Shown: piece by piece, positions 58,276 through 64,000 of the stretch
Numbering within the stretch: position 1 is the stretch's first letter
How the letters are laid out: each line of letters opens with the position of its first letter
NCBI GenBank assembly: GCA_963708025.1
Contig: CAVPSB010000032.1
Location: 300,105-364,104 of the forward strand
Length of the DNA stretch: 64,000 nucleotides
Origin: an uncultured Candidatus Rokubacteria bacterium
GTDB lineage: Bacteria; Methylomirabilota; Methylomirabilia; Rokubacteriales; DASRDR01
Direction: 5' to 3'
Made by a program: the position numbers and the translations under genes
Notes under the pieces: model-generated
The model's input: only the letters and a program-made list of their open reading frames with translations
What the model was told of the DNA's origin: nothing
Databases searched by the model: none

Positions 58276-59679
58276 TGGCGCTGACGTTCCGGGCCCGCCT
58301 CGCCTTCTGGCACATGGCGGTCGTCGCGGCGATTCTGGTCGCGGCGGCGGCCGGCGCGCAATGGGCCCTGACGCGCCTGGTGCTGGGCCGGATCATCGAC
58401 GACGCCATCCTGGCCCTGGCCGAGACCGAGGGCGCCTCGCTGGCCGCCGATGCCCCGGGATCGATCCGCATCCACGAGGCGCCGGGAATGACCGCCCCGT
58501 CCTTCGTGCGCCTCGACAAGTTCGTCCAGGTCGTTCGACCTCGAGGGGCGGGTGCTCGCGCGGAGCGCGACGCTCGGCACCTCCCGGCTCCCGACCCCGC
58601 CGGCGCTCCTCGCCCGACTGCAGGCCGGAGACGTCGTCTTCGACACCCGGAACGATTTCGGAGACGAGCCGATCCGGCAGGTGTCCCTCCCGTTGACGGT
58701 CGGCGAGCGCCGCTATGCCGTCCAGGTGGCGATGTCGCTCGATGATGCCTATGCGGTGCTCCGGACGGCGCGGTGGCTGTTCCTGGCGATGTCGGCGGCC
58801 CTCCTGGCCGGGGTGGGACTCACGGGGGTCTTGCTCGCGCGCCGCGCATTGCAGCCGATCGACCGCATCGTCACCACGGCGCGGCGGCTCGGGGAAGCCA
58901 ACCTAACCGAGCGCCTCCCCCACCCCGGAACGCCGGACGAGATCGGCCGCCTGGTCAACACCCTGAACGACATGCTCGGTCGCATCGAGCGGGGTGTCGA
59001 GGCCCAGCGCCGCTTCACCGCCGACGCCTCGCACGAGCTGCGCTCGCCGCTCTCCCGGCTGCGGGCCGAACTCGAGGTGACGCTCAGACGCCCGCGCGAT
59101 CGCGCCGAGTACGAGGAGACGCTCCGCTCCGGCCTCGACGAGGTCGAGCGACTGTCGCGGCTGACGGACGAGCTGCTGGTGCTGGCACGCCTCGATGCCG
59201 GCGAGGGCCGCGAGGTCTCGGCCCGCCCGGTCGCCATCGGACCCATCCTCGATGACGCGCTCCGACGGCTCGTGCCCGAGGCGGACCGCCGGGGTGTCGC
59301 GGTCACCATCGAGCCCCTCGCCCCGGTGGCGGTTCGGGCGGCGCCCAGCGCTCTGGGACTCGTCATCACGAACCTCCTCGAGAACGCCGTCAAGTTCTCG
59401 CCGCCAGGCAGCCGGATCACGGTCGGCCTCGTCGCGTCGGGCGACGAGGCGGTCGTGTCGGTCTCGGACACGGGGCCGGGCATCGCCGCCGAGGAACTGC
59501 CCCGGCTCTTCGAGCGGTTCCACCGGGGGCACGCCGCCCGCGCGACCGATGCGCCCGGTGTCGGGCTCGGCCTGGCGATCTGCCGGGCGCTGGTCGAACG
59601 GCACGGCGGGCGGATCGCCGTCGAAAGCCCGCCGGACGGGGGGGCGACGTTCCGGGTCCACCTGCCGCTCGCCACCTGA
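58275..59679 (+). CDS. HAMP sensor histidine kinase, apparent 1-nt frameshift near 58535
   Basis: ATG overlapping the RR stop; TM1 in the first frame; HAMP, ADASHELRSPL, NLLENAVKF and GVGLGL in the second. Confidence 0.88.
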
Positions 59680-59687
59680 GGCGGCGC

Positions 59688-59720
59688 CTTCAGGATTCCT
59701 TCACGTCCGCCGGATACCCT
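59688..59720 (+). promoter_or_regulatory. Direct-repeat box CTTCA-GGATTC-CTTCA with a -10-like TACCCT 11 nt downstream
   Basis: Exact reverse complement of the 43188-43203 box. Confidence 0.65.
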
Positions 59721-60039
59721 TGACACCATGCGGCGCCGACCGGCGGGACCGCGGCGGCGGGGCCGAGACGTCTCCGCGGGACCGCCCTGGGGATCCGCGC
59801 GGTGACCTCGCCCGCCGCGCCGCGTCGCGCCAATAATGCGGAGGGCGCCGGCCCTGTGCGAACCAGCAGGCCTCTGCCCTCTTCCAGCGGCTTCCGGTCA
59901 ACGCCATCCCACGGCCCGCCACCGGGGGGCGCCCGGCGCGGTGTCCAGGTGATCACCGATGACGACGTTCAATCGGGGCTTGTCACGAGGTCGCCGATTC
60001 ACGGCTGCGCTGGATCAACGTGATCCGGGTTGACAGGTG

Positions 60040-61077
60040 ATGAGACTCACGGGGTGGTTGGTGCTTCCCTTGCTCGCGCTGACACCCTGGGGGCCCGACC
60101 GGGGCGACGCCGTAGCCCAGCCGGCCCGCCCGCTCCGCTGCGTCAGCCTGAACCTGCTCCACGGCGGAGTCCTCTCCGGCCTCACCGGCGACGACCAGGA
60201 CCTCGAAGCGCGCCTCCGGATTGTCGCCGAGGACTTGCGCGCTCTCGACCCCGACATCGTCGGGCTCCAGGAGGCCTCGATCAGCCGGCGACGCGGCCAC
60301 GTGGCCGCGCGCCTGGCCGCCGAGCTCCGGCTCCGCTACGTCTACACCCCGGCGCTCCTTCGAGTCTTCCCCTTCGAATGGCTGAACCGCTTCGCCCGTT
60401 GGGTCCTGAACTTCCAGGAGGGCCCGGCAATCCTGAGCCGCTTCCCGATCGTCGCCTGGGAGGCACACGGCCTGCCGCGCTGTAACGGAATCTTCGATCC
60501 GCGGATCCTGCTCTACGCGCAGCTCCGGACGCCGTGGGGCGACCTCGGCGTCGCCTCCACGCACGCCTCCGAGGGCTTCTGTGAGGCGCCACGGGTGGTC
60601 GAGCTGATGCAGGCTCGACGCGGTCCCCTCCCCGCGGTGCTGATCGGCGACTTCAACGCGACCGAGACCTCGGCCGGCATTGCGGCCCTGGTCAACGGAA
60701 TCGGCTTCGTGGACACGTTCCGCGCCGCCAACCCCGAGGCGCCCGGACCCACGGTTGGGCAGCAGGTCGACTCGCCGGTCCCGACGGTCCGCCGCCGGGT
60801 CGACTTCCTCTTCATGCTGCCGGGCACGGCGGTCCCGGGCCGTGTCCTGTCGAGTCGGGTCGTCCTGGACGCGCCCCGGCACCGCACCGACGGCACGGTC
60901 CTGTGGCCTTCGGATCACTTCGCCGTCTTCTCGGAGCTCGAGGTCTTCTCGGCAGCGGCCTTGGGAGGCGAGGGCGCGCCCGGTCGGCACGACGAGGGCA
61001 CCGGCCGCTTGACGGGACCCGGCGGCCTCACCGAACAGGCGCCAAGCCAGGACCGTCGCGATGACCGGCTGGAGTAG
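60040..61077 (+). CDS. Exported endonuclease/exonuclease/phosphatase family protein
   Basis: SLNL, DIVGLQE, STH, IGDFN, RVDFL, PSDHF; signal peptide. Confidence 0.88.
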   Translation: MRLTGWLVLPLLALTPWGPDRGDAVAQPARPLRCVSLNLLHGGVLSGLTGDDQDLEARLRIVAEDLRALDPDIVGLQEASISRRRGHVAARLAAELRLRYVYTPALLRVFPFEWLNRFARWVLNFQEGPAILSRFPIVAWEAHGLPRCNGIFDPRILLYAQLRTPWGDLGVASTHASEGFCEAPRVVELMQARRGPLPAVLIGDFNATETSAGIAALVNGIGFVDTFRAANPEAPGPTVGQQVDSPVPTVRRRVDFLFMLPGTAVPGRVLSSRVVLDAPRHRTDGTVLWPSDHFAVFSELEVFSAAALGGEGAPGRHDEGTGRLTGPGGLTEQAPSQDRRDDRLE

Positions 61078-61270
61078 GCCGCTCGACAACGCAGAGGCGA
61101 CCGGCAGGGTGGCCAAGAACCCAGGTGACCAGACTCAGCGCGGCGTCACCCACTCGCCGAGCCAGAGCAGCCGGCCAGCGTCACGAGCAGCGGGGCGACG
61201 TTGGCGAGGCGCGCGGTGTTGGCGACGTGACGGAGTGAATCGCTGCGTGCCAGAATGGCCGGCGTCGCCA
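60960..61270 (-). pseudogene. Degraded EamA/DMT transporter remnant overlapping the EEP 3' end
   Basis: LLQPVIATVLAWRLFGE and SLRHVANTARLANVAPLLVTLAG fragments in different frames. Confidence 0.5.
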
Positions 61271-61645
61271 ACGGCGTCGTCTCTGACGACGGGATGAGAC
61301 AGCGGACCGCGGCAGATGTCACCGTCTGAGATAACCCGAGCATGTACCTCGCGTCAGGCATAGCCAGCGCCAGGTCGCGGCACCCCCCTTCGCGACCCCC
61401 ACGACCCGAGTCGTGCTACGGTATGCTGGCGCGACTCATAGAGACTCAGGCGCAGGAGTCACACGCATGTCGCTGACCCACAACGCGGCCCACCATCGTC
61501 AGCACCGCCCGCCTTGACGCGGGCACGACCATTCGCACCGTCACGGCCACGGGATCATCACCCGAATGCTCGATGGCGTGGACCCCCAGGTGTTAGACGC
61601 GGCCTATCGGAAATCCCGGCGAATATCAAGAGAGGAGTGTAGAAA

Positions 61646-62458
61646 GTGGTTTCGGTCACAGACGAGATTCCGACCGCGATCGCCGTCTCAGTGGCGTGCT
61701 TGACGGACAAAGGGCAGAGGCGAGCAGCCAATGAGGACGCGTTCATTGTCGCCGACCTCGAGGAAACCGGATTCAAGACCAGTGGCCATGATCTGGCCCG
61801 GCACCAGATAGGAGCACGCGGTCTCCTGCTCGCTGTCGCGGACGGCATGGGTGGCGCGAAGGCCGGGGAAGTAGCCAGCCGCCTGGCGGTCGAGCAACTC
61901 GTGCGCAGCCTCGGCGCACCGTCGCAGAATGAAATGCCAGCAGACCGATTGCGCGGTGGGCTGAAGCTGGCGAACCGGGCCATCCGGCAGGCGAGCGACG
62001 AAAACCTCGATTACTCCGGGATGGGCTCGACCATGACAGCCGCGCTTGTGTCTGGAGGTCAGGCCATCATCGGGCAAGTAGGGGATTCACGAGGCTACTT
62101 GATTCGTGGCAATGAGGTTCGACAGATTACGAAGGATCAGTCTTTCGCGCAAGCGCTCATTGATGCAGGCGAACTCACCGAAGAGCAGGGCGCTCACTCA
62201 CCCGAGCGCCATCTGATCCTGCAGGCGCTTGGAGGGCGGGATGAGATTGAGCCGAAGATCGGCACCGTCGCCCTCATGCGTGGCGATCATCTCCTGCTCT
62301 GTACCGACTATCTGGCGAGAAAGGTACGCGCGGCCGACATGCTCGATATCATCCGCACAGCCGAAACGCTCAGCGGGGCGTGCGTGCGCCTGGTCGCGCT
62401 CGCCAACGAGCGCGGAGGTGAAGACAACATCACCGTCCTTCTCGCCCGCTTCGACTAG
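61646..62458 (+). CDS. PP2C-family Ser/Thr phosphatase (Stp1-like)
   Basis: TDKG.RR..NED, VADGMGG, GDSR, GEDNIT; CTDYL instead of CSDGL. Confidence 0.88.
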   Translation: MVSVTDEIPTAIAVSVACLTDKGQRRAANEDAFIVADLEETGFKTSGHDLARHQIGARGLLLAVADGMGGAKAGEVASRLAVEQLVRSLGAPSQNEMPADRLRGGLKLANRAIRQASDENLDYSGMGSTMTAALVSGGQAIIGQVGDSRGYLIRGNEVRQITKDQSFAQALIDAGELTEEQGAHSPERHLILQALGGRDEIEPKIGTVALMRGDHLLLCTDYLARKVRAADMLDIIRTAETLSGACVRLVALANERGGEDNITVLLARFD

Positions 62459-62712
62459 CCTTCGGGACCCTCGAATCAGCCGCCGAGGGACCGGGCGGAA
62501 CTTCGAGAAGTCGTTGACCAGCTCGACGCCCTCGTGGAAGCGGCGGTGTACCGTCCCGGTTCCGCGGACACTCATGAAACACCTTCCGGGTTCACCTGCC
62601 CCTCGCGCCGTGAACGGGACCATGGAGTGGCCCCAGACATTCGGGCTCACGGGCGTCGCGCCGCCATCGACGGCGGGGGCGGAAGGCACGATGGCGTGGG
62701 GCGGATCGCGCC

Positions 62713-63444
62713 TCAGAACGCGAGCGTCAGGCCGAGGCGCAGGGAGAGGTCCGGGGCCTCGGACGTGAGGCCGGCGCCCACCGCCGCGTCCAGGCGGAGC
62801 GACTCGGTGACGGCGTAGACGACGCCGCCGCGCGCCAGGGCCGAGCGGCCGGCCTGGTCCACACCCTCCTCGTAGACCACCTCGGCAACGAGGGTGAGCC
62901 GCTCGGTTGCTGCGAACTCGAGCGAGGCCGCCAGTCCCCAGACGTCGAGGTCGCGGTCGCGCAGCGTGAACCGGTAGACGGCGTTGCCGGTGACCGTGAG
63001 CGGCCCGAATGTCTTGCTCGCGCCGACCAGCGCCAGGACGTCGAGGTCGTCGTCGCCCAGACCCTCCCGACCGGTGGGGAACCGCACCGCCGCCGCCAGC
63101 AGCACGGCCGGCCGCGCCGGCGTCTCGTCGAGCATCCGGTACTTGACGCCCGCCAGCGTGTCGCCGAGGCCCCCGCGGTCGCCCTCCGACACCTCGTCGA
63201 GGAGCAGCGCTCGCGATTCCACCCGTACCTCGAGGTTTGCGAGCACGCCGACGCTGAGGACGCCGGTGGCGATCCAGGCCTGCGTGCCGTCCCCCCGCTC
63301 GTGTTCGGCGCCCAGCTCCAGCTCGAACCGGCCCTGCTCCGTGGTGCCAGTGTCTTCGGTGTCGAGCGGACGGGCGGCCCATGCGGTGGCCGGCCACAGG
63401 GCGAGCAGCAGGGCAAGCGCGGTCGCGGCGAGACGTGGCGGCAT
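62713..63444 (-). CDS. Outer-membrane beta-barrel 'transporter' (MetA-pathway/DUF3187-like)
   Basis: Signal peptide AWA-ARPLDTEDTGT; amphipathic strands; C-terminal Phe. Confidence 0.7.
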   Translation of the reverse strand: MPPRLAATALALLLALWPATAWAARPLDTEDTGTTEQGRFELELGAEHERGDGTQAWIATGVLSVGVLANLEVRVESRALLLDEVSEGDRGGLGDTLAGVKYRMLDETPARPAVLLAAAVRFPTGREGLGDDDLDVLALVGASKTFGPLTVTGNAVYRFTLRDRDLDVWGLAASLEFAATERLTLVAEVVYEEGVDQAGRSALARGGVVYAVTESLRLDAAVGAGLTSEAPDLSLRLGLTLAF

Positions 63445-63481
63445 CGTGATCCGAAGTGTAGCTCGGATGCGCGCGGGCGCG

Positions 63482-63720
63482 TCAGTGGGGATGCCGGTCG
63501 CTCGACTCGACGCCGAGATGGGCGTGCGCGTGAAAATGGTGCCGGCCATCATGCGCGTGGGAGGGCTCGGGTCGCGGCTCGGAAGACCGCGACGCCATGG
63601 CCGAGCCGCGCCCCCACGTCGCCGCCAGGACCAGGCCGAACACCGCTGCCGGTGTGAGCACGACGGTGGCCCCGGACGCGGCGTTCAGCACGAAGCTCAG
63701 GGACATGCCGACCCACCGCT
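63482..63720 (-). pseudogene. 3' remnant of a metal ABC permease (ZnuB-like) with His-rich tail
   Basis: GMSLSFVLNAASGATVVL resembles the last ABC-3 helices; tail HAHDGRHHFHAHAH. Confidence 0.55.
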
Positions 63721-63752
63721 GTCCCCGCGCCGATCCCCGCCGTGCGCCCCGG

Positions 63753-64000
63753 CTCTTCGACATGTCGGACAGCGTGAGCCTGGCCGCCCGCGAGACCGGC
63801 ACCCGGTACGCCCGGGCGGCGCTCGCGGCGATGAAGCCCGATGACCGAGCCGGGCTCATCGTCTTCGCCCGCGATCCGGTCATCGCCGAGCCGCTCCGGC
63901 CCAAGGCGGTGTTCGGGCGCCCCCCGGCGCCGCCCGCGACCAACGCCACGAACCTCGAGAGTGCGATCCACCTCGCGCTCTCGTCCTTCCCGCCCGGGGA
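63753..64000 (+). CDS. VWA-domain protein fragment (no clear start; runs off the window)
   Basis: LFDMSDSV (MIDAS DxSxS), DRAGLIVFA, TNLESAIHLA. Confidence 0.65.

Overview
High-GC bacterial chromosomal window. The gene repertoire resembles Candidatus Rokubacteria/Methylomirabilota, but that placement is inference. 1-4.5 kb: nuoABC-D-H complex I cluster with no nuoEFG between D and H, interrupted by a NIPSNAP gene between 110-bp direct repeats and by a palindromic element. 5-33.5 kb: hybrid sensor kinase, CUT1 ABC importer with acetamidase, and a divergent catabolic cluster (Liv ABC + CoxLMS-type molybdoenzyme + amidase versus CysK-like, CoA-transferase, LLM oxidoreductase, PxpB), then a 5'-nucleotidase and a class V aminotransferase. 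33.5-64 kb: a mosaic, partly decayed accessory region with two diheme peroxidase-family genes, a PerR-like Fur, an AbrB/PIN TA pair, an integrase remnant beside a tRNA-Ala-like att core, and a divalent-cation cluster (mgtA, mgtE, P1B ATPase, TMEM165, K+ channel, USP, ABC transporter, uppP, Ser/Thr kinase, OmpR-family two-component system). Two unexplained signals stand out. (1) A 16-bp direct-repeat box (CTTCA-GGATTC-CTT(C/A)A) with conserved spacing to -10 elements ties the two-component system to the Mg2+-transport operons, suggesting a PhoP-like regulon. (2) A modular family of palindromic intergenic elements carries C(GNA)G triloop hairpins and covarying closing stems. Several single-base frameshifts probably reflect sequencing/assembly indels. 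No rRNA, intact tRNA or CRISPR array was seen.
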